A stretch of 64,000 nt of DNA from Balanoglossus misakiensis (Eukaryota; Animalia; Hemichordata): NCBI GenBank assembly GCA_040954595.2, contig CM082593.2, positions 9,557,200 to 9,621,199 of the forward strand, written 5' to 3'. Every line of letters starts with the position of its first letter. The first letter of the stretch is position 1. Shown here piece by piece: positions 1 through 12,241 of the stretch. A program made the translations under genes and the position numbers. The notes below the pieces were generated by a model, which saw only the letters and a program-made list of their open reading frames with translations, did no database searches and was not told where the DNA came from.

Positions 1-3000
1 ACTTTCACATGGGTATTTAATGTTAAATGTAAATCCATAGGTTAATACGTGGCCAAAAGCACTCTAATTTGACATTACTAATGCAACGATGACATTGAAT
101 CTGATTCTTTGCATCAGGGCAAATGGCGAAGCAAGGTTGATGATGCATCAGGGTAGATAGTGATGCAATCACTTCACTTTGACATGGGTATTAAATGCAT
201 ATGGGGATTTCAAGTTGATGATAAATCCCTGGGTTAATACGTGTCCAAAAGCAATGTACTTTGACATTGCTAATGTAACGATGACATTGAATATGATTCT
301 TTGCATCAGGGTAAATGGCGTAGCAAGCTTTATGATGCATCAGGGTAGATAGTGATGCAAACACTTCACTTTGACATGGGTATTAAATGCATATGGGGAA
401 TTCAGGTTGTTGAAAAATCTGTGGGTTAATATGTGTCGAAAAGCACTGTACTTTGACATTGCTAATGCAATGATGACATTGAATCTGATTCTTTGCATTA
501 GGGTAAATGGCGTAGCAAGGTTTATGATGCATCAGGGTAGATAGTGATGCAAACACTTCACTTTGACATGGGTATAAAATGCCTACAGGGGGATTTAAAG
601 TTGTCTGTAAATCCCTGGGTTAATACGTGTCCAAAAGCACTGTACTTTGACATTGCTAATGCAACGATGACATTGAATCTGATTCTTTGCATCAGGGTAA
701 ATGGCGAAGCAAGGTTGATGATGCATCAGGGTAGATAGTGATGCAAGCTCTGCACTTTGACATGGGTATAAAATGCCTACAGGGGGATTTAAAGTTGTCT
801 GTAAATCCCTGGGTTAATACGTGGCGGATAGCACTGTACTTTGACATTGCATATGCAATGGTGACATTGAATGGGATTCTTTGCATTAGGGCAAATGGCG
901 AAGCAAGCTCAATGATGCATCAGAGTAGATGGTGATGCAAACTGTGCACTTTCACATGGGTATTTAATGTTAAATGTAAATCCATAGGTTAATACGTGGC
1001 CAAAAGCACTCTAATTTGACATTGCAAATGGAACGATGACATTGAATCTGATTCTTTGCATCAGGGCAAATGGCGAAGCAAGGTTGATGATGCATCAGGG
1101 TAGATAGTGATGCAATCACTTCACTTTGACATGGGTATTAAATGCATATGGGGATTTCAGGTTGTTGAAAAATCTGTGGGTTAATACGTGTCGAAAAGCA
1201 CTGTACTTTGACATTGCTAATGCAATGATGACATTGAATCTGATTCTTTGCATCAGGGTAAATGGCGTAGCAAGCTTTATGATGCATCAGGGTAGATAGT
1301 GATGCAAACACTTCACTTTGACATGGGTATTAAATGCATATGGGGATTTCAGGTTGTTGAAAAATCTGTGGGTTAATACGTGTCCAAAAGCACTGTACTT
1401 TGACATTGCTAATGCAACGATGACATTGAATCTGATTCTTTGCATCAGGGTAAATGTCGTAGCAAGCTTTATGACGCATCAGGGTAGATAGTGATGCAAA
1501 CACTTCACTTTGACATGGGTATAAAATGCCTACAGGGGGATTTAAAGTTGTCTGTAAATCCCTGGGTTAATACGTGTCCAAAAACACTGTACTTTGACAT
1601 TGCTAATGCAGCGATGACATTGAATCTGATTCTTTGCATCAGGGTAAATGGGGAAGCAAGGTTGACGATGCATCAGGGTAGATAGTGATGCAAGCTCTGC
1701 ACTTTGACATGTGTATAAAATGCCTACAGGGGGATTTAAAGTTGTCTGTAAATCCCTGGGTTAATACGTGGCTGAAAGCACTGTACTTTGACATTGCATA
1801 TGCAATGGTGACATTGAATGGGATTCTTTGCATTAGGGCAAATGGCGAAGCAAGCTCAATGATGCATCAGAGTAGATGGTGATGCAAACTCTGCACTTTC
1901 ACATGGGTATTTAATGTTAAATGTAAATCCATAGGTTAATACGTGGCCAAAAGCACTCTAATTTGACATTGCTAATGGAACGATGACATTGAATCTGATT
2001 CTTTGCATCAGGGCAAATGGCGAAGCAAGGTTGATGATGCATCAGGGTAGATAGTGATGCAATCACTTCACTTTGACATTGGTATTAAATGCATATGGGG
2101 ATTTCAAGTTGATGATAAATCCCTGGGTTAATACGTGTCCAAAAGCACTGTACTTTGACATTGCTAATGCAACGATGACATTGAATCTGATTCTTTGCAT
2201 CAGGGTAAATGGCGTAGCAAGCTTTATGATGCATCAGGGCAGATAGTGATGCAAACACTTCACTTCGTCATGGGTATTAAATGCATATGGGGATTTCAGG
2301 TTGTTGAAAAATCTGTGGGTTAATACGTGTCCAAAAGCACTGTACTTTGACATTGCTAATGCAACGATGACATTGAATCTGATTCTTTGCATCAGGGTAA
2401 ATGGCGTAGCAAGCTTTATGACGCATCAGGGTAGATAGTGATGCAAACACTTCACTTTGACATGGGTATAAAATGCCTACAGGGGGATTTAAAGTTGTCT
2501 GTAAATCCCTGGGTTAATACGTGTCCAAAAACACTGTACTTTGACATTGCTAATGCAGCGATGACATTGAATATGATTCTTTGCATCAGGGTAAATGGGG
2601 AAGCAAGGTTGATGATGCATCAGGGTAGATAGTGATGCAAGCTCTGCACTTTGACATGTGTATAAAATGCCTACAGGGGGATTTAAAGTTGTCTGTAAAT
2701 CCCTGGGTTAATACGTGGCTGAAAGCACTGTACTTTGACATTGCATATGCAATGGTGACATTGAATGGGATTCTTTGCATTAGGGCAAATGGCGAAGCAA
2801 GCTCAATGATGCATCAGAGTAGGTGGTGATGCAAACTCTGCACTTTCACATGGGTATTTAATGTTAAATGTAAATCCATAGGTTAATACGTGGCCAAAAG
2901 CACTCTAATTTGACATTGCTAATGGAACGATGACATTGAATCTGATTCTTTGCATCAGGGCAAATGGCGAAGCAAGGTTGATGATGCATCAGGGTAGATA

Positions 3001-4060
3001 GTGATGCAATCACTTCACTTTGACATTGGTATTAAATGCATATGGGGATTTCAAGTTGATGATAAATCCCTGGGTTAATACGTGTCCAAAAGCACTGTAC
3101 TTTGACATTGCTAATGCAACGATGACATTGAATCTGATTCTTTGCATCAGGGTAAATGGCGTAGCAAGCTTTATGATGCATCAGGGTAGATAGTGATGCA
3201 AACACTTCACTTTGTCATGGGTATTAAATGCATATGGGGATTTCAGGTTGTTGAAAAATCTGTGGGTTAATACGTGTCCAAAAGCACTGTACTTTGACAT
3301 TGCTAATGCAACGATGACATTGAATCTGATTCTTTGCATCAGGGTAAATGGCGTAGCAAGCTTTATGACGCATCAGGGTAGATAGTGATGCAAACACTTC
3401 ACTTTGACATGGGTATAAAAAGCCTACAGGGGGATTTAAAGTTGTCTGTAAATCCCTGGGTTAATACGTGTCCAAAAACACTGTACTTTGACATTGCTAA
3501 TGCAGCGATGACATTGAATCTGATTCTTTGCATCAGGGTAAATGGCGAAGCAAGGTTGATTATGCATCAGGGTAGATAGTGATGCAAGCTCTGCACTTTG
3601 ACATGGGTATAAAATGCCTACAGGGGGATTTAAAGTTGTCTGTAAATCCCTGGGTTAATACGTGGCTGAAAGCACTGTACTTTGACATTGCATATGCAAT
3701 GGTGACATTGAATGGGATTCTTTGCATTAGGGCAAATGGCGAAGCAAGCTCAATGATGCATCAGAGTAGATGGTGATGCAAACTCTGCACTTTCACATGG
3801 GTATTTAATGTTAAATGTAAATCCATAGGTTAATACGTGGCCAAAAGCACTCTAATTTGACATTGCTAATGCAACGATGACATTGAATCTGATTCTTTGC
3901 ATCCGGGCAAATGGCGAAGCAAGGTTGATGATGCATCAGGGTAGATAGTGATACAATCACTTCACTTTGACATGGGTATTAAATGCATATGGGGATTTCA
4001 AGTTGATGATAAATCCCTGGGTTAATACGTGTCCAAAAGCACTGTACTTTGACATTGCTA

Positions 4061-4062
<2 letters not shown>
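1..4062. repeat. Satellite DNA, 175-194 bp monomers in a 947-bp 5-mer HOR (block 1)
   Basis: Monomer starts (GTGATGCAA) at 544, 738, 932, 1107, 1299 and 1491 give 194+194+175+192+192=947. The same monomer type recurs at 544, 1491, 2438 and 3385. Confidence 0.97.
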
Positions 4063-4092
<30 letters not shown>

Positions 4093-4241
4093 GCTTTATT
4101 TAAAGAGGGTAGTCTGTGTTACAAAGTAGAATTGTAATATACAACAGAGCCCTCAAAGGCAAAATGAGAATGAATACAACAAGGAAAAAAAAACACTGAA
4201 AAAATCAAATCAAGTCGCAATGGCGGAAACATTCATGAAAT

Positions 4242-5868
4242 CTAATCAAGTGATGAACCTTCATTTATAAATTTAGTGTGAAAAAAGTTACGTAGTTGTG
4301 ACTTGAACTGTGACAGACTGTATATACTTCTTATAGAAAGGGGAATATTGTTCCAGATATTTGTTGCTCGATACATAAAAGACCTTTGCCCAGTTGCTGT
4401 TTTAAAAGTGGGCACATACAAATTAGCGTTGCTGACAGATCTAGTGGTAAAATTGTACATCTCAGAAACATAGGAAAATTCATTTAAATAATCAGGCGCC
4501 AGGCCATGTAGTATCTTGAAAGTTTGAACAGCAATGAAATACTCAATTCTAATATCAATGGGCAACCAATGAAGAGTTGTCAGAAGAGAACGAGAAGGAA
4601 ATGTAATGTCTACTCCTAAAATTACTCTGCCGGCTCTTTTCTGAAGTTTATAAATTCTCTGTAGATTGGTTTTTGATGTGTTGCCCCAAACAGTGCAACA
4701 GTAATCAATTATAGAAAGGAAAATAGCATTATAAACCAACATAAGAGTATGCCTTGGGGTCAAAGGTCGCAATTTCCTCAGTACCCCAATCCGCATTGAC
4801 AATTTTCTACTTAAGTTATCTATATGAGTATCCCATGTTAAAGCATTGTCAATCTCTATTCCAAGAAGTGTGTGAGAAGAAACACAAGAAATGCAAGTAT
4901 TATTGATCCTAATATTGGGAGTGACACTGTGCTCGGACACATTATTAACCTTTGGGCGAGAGGCTACAATCATCCATTTTGTCTTGGTGGTGTTAATTGA
5001 CATGGCATTATTTGAAACCCATGTGGAAATTGGTAAAACGTCCTCTTGAAGTTTTGTACCAACCTCATTAATAGAGATGCCAGAGACACAAAGTGTTTGA
5101 TCATCAGCAAACATATCAATGTTGCCCATGCTGAGACTCAAAGGTAAATCATTAATGAAAATTAAAAACAAAAGAGGTCCTAAAATGGAACCTTGTGGAA
5201 CACCACAAACAACAGGTAAAGTCTTCGATTCCTCACCCATGTAACTGACAAATTGACATCTATTCGAGAGATATGAACGAAACCATTTTAAAGATACATC
5301 ATTAACACCGTAAATGGACAATTTCCTTAAAAGAATATCATGATCGACCAAGTCAAAGGCCTTACATAAGTCAAGATACATTAGGCCATTGTACAGACCA
5401 TTATCAATATTTCTTAAAAGTTGATCTGTAAGCTTCAGCAATGCGGTATTACATGAATGAAAGCGTCTGAAACCCGACTTCGAACTCATAATTAACTTAT
5501 TATTCTGTAGATAAGTGTACAGACTGTTATAAACGTGTCTCTCAAGTATCTTTGATAAAGCAGGCAAGATTGATATGGGCCTGTAATTACTAATAACATG
5601 TTTCGGCCCGTTCTTATGTATGGGTACAACTCTGGCACATTTAAAGCAATCAGGGAAAGTACCATTCGTTATTGACAAATTGAACATATTAGTAATGTGA
5701 CCCGCTATATTATTTGCCCCGATTTTAAGAAGTTTGGGGGAGACATTGTCAAAACCATGAGATTTGGTAGCATCTAACGATGCTAGTTGCTCCATCACAA
5801 AATTAAATGGGATTTGGGGCAGCTGAAAAGAAGGTAAATTTGGGCTCATTTGTGAATTAACCCACGTT
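4242..5868 (-). pseudogene. LINE ORF2, RT and C-terminal part
   Basis: Open frame with NYRPISILP, DLCKAFD, PQGSILGP, FADD and the CR1/L2-type ending RSFMYRATNIWNNIP. The first residues of the track ORF 4242..5945 are LTR-derived. Confidence 0.92.
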
Positions 5869-6210
5869 TGTTGCGGTATTTTAGATGAACAAGGTTCCTT
5901 AAATGATGTCTGACACGGACGACCAACGTAAAGTGCAAAAGGCACGTTTATTGCAGAAATAGCCGGTGTTAACTACTGAACCGCTAGAACCCAACTGATG
6001 AGAAAATTTCCAAAAGTTGCAAAGGAACATGAGGCGGACGTAATAACAAGCACAAATTGCTACATTGAGAGGGTGAACTCGAAGTGTGATTGGGCGAAGT
6101 AATGAAAGTGCCTGATTGGCCCAAAGTGATCTCTATCAGGATCCGCATAGCGATGCAAGGATTTGGGTATACTATAGAATGTTCAAATAACAGTTATTTG
6201 TTCTCCGACA
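5869..6210 (-). repeat. BEL 3' LTR
   Basis: Direct repeat of 11900-12241, with no mismatch seen by eye. Preceded on the minus strand by the purine-rich tract GGCGGCGGGAGAA (6211-6223). Confidence 0.97.
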
Positions 6211-6352
6211 TTCTCCCGCCGCCGAAAAAAAGTCATCAGAAAGTCTAAATCTAAAAGAACAGAAAATCGCAAAGGCTCAACCGATGTTGAGTAAACTCTG
6301 ATGCAATGAAAATTTGACTAGAGTCAATAAAGTGTCAAGTTGTGTTGAATGT

Positions 6353-9300
6353 CTAAACAGAGTCAGAAATTCTGATCCTCGCTGCAATGGCCGCATCTCT
6401 GGTCGATCTCCTAGGGATGGGCGCGGGCGGATCATTGGATTCCTCTGTGGTGGCATTCCGTGTGATGTCCTCGTTTCCATGGGGATTGAAGTCCGTAGAC
6501 GACGTAGATGACGACAGTTCCTGCGAAGCCACCTCCAGCGGGTACAATTTGTGTATGGGGCGGTTAGTGTGTCCTCTGGCAGTGGAGACTTCCGCTGACC
6601 GCACAAGTTTATCACGGCCGTAGACAAGTCTTCTCACAGTTCCGAGTTGCCATTTCAATCTACGGTCGGTGTCACTGTGAATAATGACGACGTCACCAAC
6701 TTTAATGACATTGTTCTTGAGACCGGAAGCGGAGTGACGCTCACGTAAGGCTGTCAGGTACTCAGTCGACCATCTCTTCCAGAATTGGTTCTGGAGATTC
6801 GACAAATGTTCATAGCGTCTGTTCAGATCGCAGTGGTTTCCGTAAGAGGGATCTCTGATCTCTTCATCGGAGACAGTGATGTATGGCAATGAGGTCAGAG
6901 GTCTGCCGCACAACAGGTGATTTGGAGTCAAGCTGATGTCATCATCGGCATTCGAAGACACGAAAGTGAGTGGGCGGTCGTTCAATACCGTCTCGATTTC
7001 GGTGATTACTGTGACAAGTTCGTCGTAGGTGACGAAAGATCTACCAAGAACTTTCTTTATAGTGTTCTTAGTGATACCAATAAGACGCTCCCAAAAGCCA
7101 CCATACCATGGGGCACGTTTGGGAATAAATGTCCAACTGACGCGTTGAGATGAAAGATAGCGTTGGACGTCAGGTGTGTCGAGTAATGCGCGTATCTCTT
7201 CGGCTGCAGAGATATATGTAGACGCGTTGTCGGATAACATGCGACTTGGGAGAGATCTTCTCGCCGCGAAACGACGGAACGCGAATATGAATGATTTAGT
7301 GGTCAAGTCGGGTACCAATTCTAGGTGTATCGCGCGCGTAACTGCACAGGTAAAGAGACACACGTAGGCTTTCTTGTGTTTACCATCAGTTGTTTTGGTC
7401 AGGAGTGCTCCCGTGAAATCTACTCCTGTCACGCAGAAGGGTGGAGTAACGTTCACGCGATATGTAGGCAACGGTGCCTGAACCGGGCTGGTGTAAGGTC
7501 TTCCGTCTATTTTGAGACACGTGACACAGCGACGGAGAACGCTGCTGACGATTCGACGTATTTTAGGTATCCAATACTGTTGACGTATTTGTGTGACAGT
7601 TGATTGGACACCACCGTGTAGAACTCGATCGTGCGCTTTCAGAACGATCAGTTTAGTCAATTCATGACGAGTCGGCAACAAAGCTGGAAACTTTGTTACA
7701 AAGTCTAACGTAGTGTTGTGTATACGGCTACCGCATCGAAGTATGCCTTCATCATCGAGGAATAAATTCAGTTGACGAATTAACGGTCCGTATTTCTTTG
7801 CGTTCATCTTCACGGAGTGAATAGTGTCACCGTAGACTTCGGTTTGTACATCCTTGATCCACATCCGTTCTGCATGCCGTATTTCGTCTGGCGTGATTTC
7901 TCCAGACGGTGTGATTTCCGTTCGTTTCAGACGCGATATGAAACGTAGCACGTACGCGGTAACTCGCAACAGTTTGCCTAATGAGCTGAAGCGCGAAATG
8001 TCTATGGCGCGTTGGATGCCCATTTCCTCTTCGGGAGTATTTTCCGCGGTAGGCGAGGCAGCGTTTTCAGAAGTTTGATTATGAGCGCGGTCAACATCTT
8101 GCATTCTATCATCGATCTGCGGATTAGTTTCTATGTGAGCGCGAACCATGAAGTCGTCTGTTGCCGCGACGTGATGTACTGAGCTATCATATAGGTCACA
8201 AATCGGCCATTCACCGGATTCTTCCAGCCAAGTAGGGCCATTCCACCATAAAGTAGAATTGGCGAGTTCGTCTGATCTGATTCCGCGTGTTAACAGATCA
8301 GCGGGATTGTCACCGGTGGGGCAGTATTTGTAGACGTGAGGAAAACCGTTGATTTCCTTTACGCGGTTGTTCACGAAGACGGGTAGTTTTTTCTCACTGT
8401 TGATCCAATAAAGGACGATTTGACTGTCCGACCAGAGATATCGTTCCGTAATATTGATCTTGTCGGAGAGTGCGTTTACGACGAATTTGCTCAGGCGAGT
8501 ACCGATCACGGCGGCCATCAATTCTAACCGTGGTAAAGTCAAGTCCGACATAGGCGCGACGCGTGTTTTGGCCATTACGATAGAAGTCTCACGCGTTCGT
8601 GGGTCGCGAAGATAAATTACTGCTCCGTACGCAGTTGTGCTAGCGTCTACGAAAACGTGTAGTTCGTAGTCATCGCCACTTCGATTTGTCGAGAAATATT
8701 GGCGTGGTACTGTAGTGTCCCGTACAGTATTCAGATCATTGGCGATTCGAGTCCACTGTGAAATCAGATCAGCGTCGAGTGGCTCGTCCCAAGGGAGACC
8801 GCGTTTCCATAGCGACTGAACAAAGAGTTTCGCTCTGACATGAACTGGGGCTAGAAAACCAAGTGGGTCAAACAATTTAGCCGCGGAACTAACAACATCA
8901 CGTTTTGTCGTTAGCGCGGTGGGAACCGGTGTCTCATCCTGCTTTGTGTAAGTTACCGTGTCGGTTTCGGGTTTCCAGCGTAATCCGAGTAAGGACACGT
9001 CTGTTGAGAGTTCAGCGATATTGTCCCGTTCAGCGAGTTCGCGTAACTGTGAACTGTTGGACGACCAAGCGCGTAGTTTGAACCCGCATGTCTGCATGAG
9101 TCGGTTAGCTTCATTGAAATAGGAAACCGCGTTTTCATTAGAGTCAGCGCCGTCGATCACGTTGTCGACATAAATGTTGCGCTTCAAGTCAGCTGCTGTG
9201 GGCGTGGGAGTGTTACTCTCTAGGTGAGTTTTGATCACGGCGTTAAGAATAAACGGCGAGCATGCCGCTCCGAAAAGGACCGATTTGAACTGATACACAT

Positions 9301-11866
9301 CAAAGTTGCTTTCGGGGTCACGAATGTCCGACAACCAAAGAAATTTGGTGTATAGGCGTTCTTCTTCTTCGAGGCGGATATTTAAGAAGGCTTTTTCGAT
9401 ATCACTAGTAAAGGCGACACGATTGGCGCGGAATCGCAGCAGTATACCGGGTAAATCGTTTATCAGAGAAGGTCCGGTTTGGAGACAGTCATTCAAACTC
9501 GGTGAATCTGGACCTTGCTTTGCGCTGCAGTCGTACACGATGCGAATTGGGGTGGTGACAGAGTCTTTCTTGATTGCGCGGTGGGGTAGATAATGTCCTT
9601 CGGTTTTGTTGTCGATGTCGACCTTTTCGACGAAATCGCGGCGAACTTGATCAGAAATAATGTCATCGTATGTTTTTGTCAGCTCGGGTGACAAACGACG
9701 GACCATGGCACGCGTGCGGCTTTCCGTTGTAGAGTAGTTGCTAGGCAACGGTGGGTGATCAATCTTCCACGGTAAACGTGCGACATATTTACCGTGTTCA
9801 ACACGTAGGTGTGTGTCGCGATATGTTTCAAAGTCAGTGTTTTCGTTCTCTCGCGTTTCTGGTTTCACTCCGATGAGCTCTAAGTCCCAGTAGTTTCGGA
9901 TGGCGTCTTCAGCGATGAGCGTTTCGGCGTTTGCATGGAGTACGTGAAAGTCAGAGTCCGTTTTCCCGCCCTTTTCGGTAGGGCCTGACAGCAAGTAGCC
10001 GAACTTGGACGAAACGGCAGTCGGGCCTGCACCGCGAACGATGTGGTTCCCTACAAAGTTCCAATACTGATCGGCTCCGATGAGAACGTCAATTTCGATT
10101 GACTTCGCGTTTGTAACTGGGAAGGCGAAATGCAGTCCCCGTAGATACTCGGCGTTGTGTATTTCCGCGGACACATGATTAGTTAAGTTCGATGAAATCG
10201 CCGGAATTATCAAAGCGTTGATAGAACTAGTATTTCCGTCTAGCTCATGCAAAGTTATCGTAGCGTTTTTCATTGTGTGAATTTGTTCGGCGTTTCCCCC
10301 AAAGGTTGAGAGTTTCACGTTTTCTGGGGTGTCCGGTTTTAAGCTGAGTTTCTCCGCGAATCGTTGAGTGACAAAGGTTCTATTTGCCCCTTCGTCGAAC
10401 AGTACGTTGGCACGGATAGGTTTATCCCCTCGGGAGGACATGGGGATGACGGCGGTTTTCAAGAGAACGGGTCCGTTCAATGGAGTGTATTTCTCACGCG
10501 TATTGTCTGTCGCGAAGGACACGTGTACTTCAGCAGAATTTGAAGTGTCTGTAGTACCGGCAGTTTTGCTCGGTGTTACATCTTTTTTCACGGCGGTTGT
10601 ACCCAGTTGGGTGTCGTGTAAAGTAGAATGGTGTCTACGTTTACAAATCTTGCAAGAATATCGCGATTTGCAGTCGCAAACTCGATGTTTGCCGAGGCAA
10701 TTGAAGCAGAGGCGATCTCGTTTGACTATGTCTAGTCGGCGTTTGGTATCGGTGATGACCTGGCAATCACTCGTGTAGTGATTCCCCTTGCAAAACACGC
10801 ATGTTTTGGGCTTGGGTGGGTGCGTCGAGCGCGGACGCGGCGTGGAATCGACGTTAGCGTGAAACGTAGCTGTGATATCGGGTTGTGTTGTGGCGGTCAC
10901 AACCGAAAGTTCATCGAGGGGTTCTCCGGCTTGCATGGCGTCGATCTCTCGTAGAATTGCCTGGCGTAACTCAGGTAGAGTCCAGGCCTTTTTCCCATGG
11001 TCTCGGGCTATCTGTTTCCGAATGTTGTTGGGCAGCTTGTCGCGAATCATCGGAACGAGCAGTTCTCCGTAAGTGTTCTCTTGTTTTCCAAGCGACTGTA
11101 GTCCACGAACATGACTTTCCAGCGTGTCATAGAAGAGGCGGAGGCTGGAAATGTCGCTTGTCGGCTGAGGTAGCTGCCACAGCGCTGTCATATGCGCGTC
11201 GATGAGCAAGTGCTTTTGTCCGTATCGCTCGATGAGGAGTTCTATGGCGTGTTCATAGTGGTCGCTCGTCAGGGCGAGACCGCTAATAGTACGGGCAGCT
11301 TCGTCGGTCAAGACGCTACGCAAGTATGTGAACTTCTGAATGTTATCCATACCGCTATCGTTATGGATGGTCGATTGGAAAATGTCAAAGAAGCTCGTCC
11401 ACTCGAGTACGTTACCGGAAAATGTCTTCAGTTGTAGTTTCGGCAGCGCGACTGTTTTCTTCGCTGTCTCTCCTCGAGGTGGATTGGCGATGGTCGAAGA
11501 CGTACCGTTGGTAGCCATGTTGCTCTCGATGAAAGCAGTGATCTGGTGATTTCTTTCGAATATCTCGGACAGGTAGTCGCCAGATGCTTCGTTTGCGGCA
11601 TCGTAGTTTTCTTCGTCGGTATTGTCCAAGACGTCTTCTTCGATCTTGACGATAGTTTCGTACTTCTGGGTGAGTTGGGTGCTCAAAGCGGTGAGTAGCC
11701 TGTGTACTTCGGTTTGGTTCGCGGCTGTGGCGAATTCTTCTTTCAGACTATCGGCTCGGTTGAAAAGCTTCGTGATTTGGGCGCGTTGCCCCCGGCGCTT
11801 GAGCTTCAGTTTGGTCAACTTGTCGCCTCCAGTTGGTTGCTCAACTTGTTGTTCGTCGCTGGACAT
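6353..11866 (-). CDS. BEL/Pao gag-pol polyprotein (Gag with Zn knuckles, protease, RT, RNase H, integrase), 1837 aa
   Basis: LPKLQLKTFSG..W..F (DUF1759-like), three CCHC-type knuckles, LFDEGA protease, YVDN RT, FVDAS RNase H, H-H-CxxC plus GVDFTG/SDN/GGFWER integrase. No internal stops. Confidence 0.97.
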   Translation of the reverse strand: MSSDEQQVEQPTGGDKLTKLKLKRRGQRAQITKLFNRADSLKEEFATAANQTEVHRLLTALSTQLTQKYETIVKIEEDVLDNTDEENYDAANEASGDYLSEIFERNHQITAFIESNMATNGTSSTIANPPRGETAKKTVALPKLQLKTFSGNVLEWTSFFDIFQSTIHNDSGMDNIQKFTYLRSVLTDEAARTISGLALTSDHYEHAIELLIERYGQKHLLIDAHMTALWQLPQPTSDISSLRLFYDTLESHVRGLQSLGKQENTYGELLVPMIRDKLPNNIRKQIARDHGKKAWTLPELRQAILREIDAMQAGEPLDELSVVTATTQPDITATFHANVDSTPRPRSTHPPKPKTCVFCKGNHYTSDCQVITDTKRRLDIVKRDRLCFNCLGKHRVCDCKSRYSCKICKRRHHSTLHDTQLGTTAVKKDVTPSKTAGTTDTSNSAEVHVSFATDNTREKYTPLNGPVLLKTAVIPMSSRGDKPIRANVLFDEGANRTFVTQRFAEKLSLKPDTPENVKLSTFGGNAEQIHTMKNATITLHELDGNTSSINALIIPAISSNLTNHVSAEIHNAEYLRGLHFAFPVTNAKSIEIDVLIGADQYWNFVGNHIVRGAGPTAVSSKFGYLLSGPTEKGGKTDSDFHVLHANAETLIAEDAIRNYWDLELIGVKPETRENENTDFETYRDTHLRVEHGKYVARLPWKIDHPPLPSNYSTTESRTRAMVRRLSPELTKTYDDIISDQVRRDFVEKVDIDNKTEGHYLPHRAIKKDSVTTPIRIVYDCSAKQGPDSPSLNDCLQTGPSLINDLPGILLRFRANRVAFTSDIEKAFLNIRLEEEERLYTKFLWLSDIRDPESNFDVYQFKSVLFGAACSPFILNAVIKTHLESNTPTPTAADLKRNIYVDNVIDGADSNENAVSYFNEANRLMQTCGFKLRAWSSNSSQLRELAERDNIAELSTDVSLLGLRWKPETDTVTYTKQDETPVPTALTTKRDVVSSAAKLFDPLGFLAPVHVRAKLFVQSLWKRGLPWDEPLDADLISQWTRIANDLNTVRDTTVPRQYFSTNRSGDDYELHVFVDASTTAYGAVIYLRDPRTRETSIVMAKTRVAPMSDLTLPRLELMAAVIGTRLSKFVVNALSDKINITERYLWSDSQIVLYWINSEKKLPVFVNNRVKEINGFPHVYKYCPTGDNPADLLTRGIRSDELANSTLWWNGPTWLEESGEWPICDLYDSSVHHVAATDDFMVRAHIETNPQIDDRMQDVDRAHNQTSENAASPTAENTPEEEMGIQRAIDISRFSSLGKLLRVTAYVLRFISRLKRTEITPSGEITPDEIRHAERMWIKDVQTEVYGDTIHSVKMNAKKYGPLIRQLNLFLDDEGILRCGSRIHNTTLDFVTKFPALLPTRHELTKLIVLKAHDRVLHGGVQSTVTQIRQQYWIPKIRRIVSSVLRRCVTCLKIDGRPYTSPVQAPLPTYRVNVTPPFCVTGVDFTGALLTKTTDGKHKKAYVCLFTCAVTRAIHLELVPDLTTKSFIFAFRRFAARRSLPSRMLSDNASTYISAAEEIRALLDTPDVQRYLSSQRVSWTFIPKRAPWYGGFWERLIGITKNTIKKVLGRSFVTYDELVTVITEIETVLNDRPLTFVSSNADDDISLTPNHLLCGRPLTSLPYITVSDEEIRDPSYGNHCDLNRRYEHLSNLQNQFWKRWSTEYLTALRERHSASGLKNNVIKVGDVVIIHSDTDRRLKWQLGTVRRLVYGRDKLVRSAEVSTARGHTNRPIHKLYPLEVASQELSSSTSSTDFNPHGNEDITRNATTEESNDPPAPIPRRSTRDAAIAARIRISDSV

Positions 11867-11877
11867 CTTGTGAATTT

Positions 11878-11895
11878 ATCCTGGTCTCGGCACCA
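11878..11895 (-). promoter_or_regulatory. Primer-binding site of the BEL element (probably tRNA-His type)
   Basis: TGGTGCCGAGACCAGGAT lies 4 nt inside the 5' LTR. The tRNA identity is from recollection and was not checked. Confidence 0.8.
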
Positions 11896-11899
11896 AAAA

Positions 11900-12241
11900 T
11901 GTTGCGGTATTTTAGATGAACAAGGTTCCTTAAATGATGTCTGACACGGACGACCAACGTAAAGTGCAAAAGGCACGTTTATTGCAGAAATAGCCGGTGT
12001 TAACTACTGAACCGCTAGAACCCAACTGATGAGAAAATTTCCAAAAGTTGCAAAGGAACATGAGGCGGACGTAATAACAAGCACAAATTGCTACATTGAG
12101 AGGGTGAACTCGAAGTGTGATTGGGCGAAGTAATGAAAGTGCCTGATTGGCCCAAAGTGATCTCTATCAGGATCCGCATAGCGATGCAAGGATTTGGGTA
12201 TACTATAGAATGTTCAAATAACAGTTATTTGTTCTCCGACA
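11900..12241 (-). repeat. BEL 5' LTR
   Basis: Direct repeat of 5869-6210, followed on the minus strand by the PBS. Confidence 0.97.

Larger units (their letters stand above)
5869..12241 (-). mobile_element. Full-length BEL/Pao LTR retrotransposon
   Basis: 342-bp LTRs with TG..CA ends at 5869-6210 and 11900-12241, 5-bp TSD ACGTT (5864-5868 and 12242-12246), PBS, PPT and a single 1837-aa ORF. Confidence 0.98.

Noticed and set aside
6277-11944. Numerous short antisense or overlapping ORFs in the BEL element
   Set aside because: Shadow frames of a long GC-balanced coding sequence, with no recognisable motifs.
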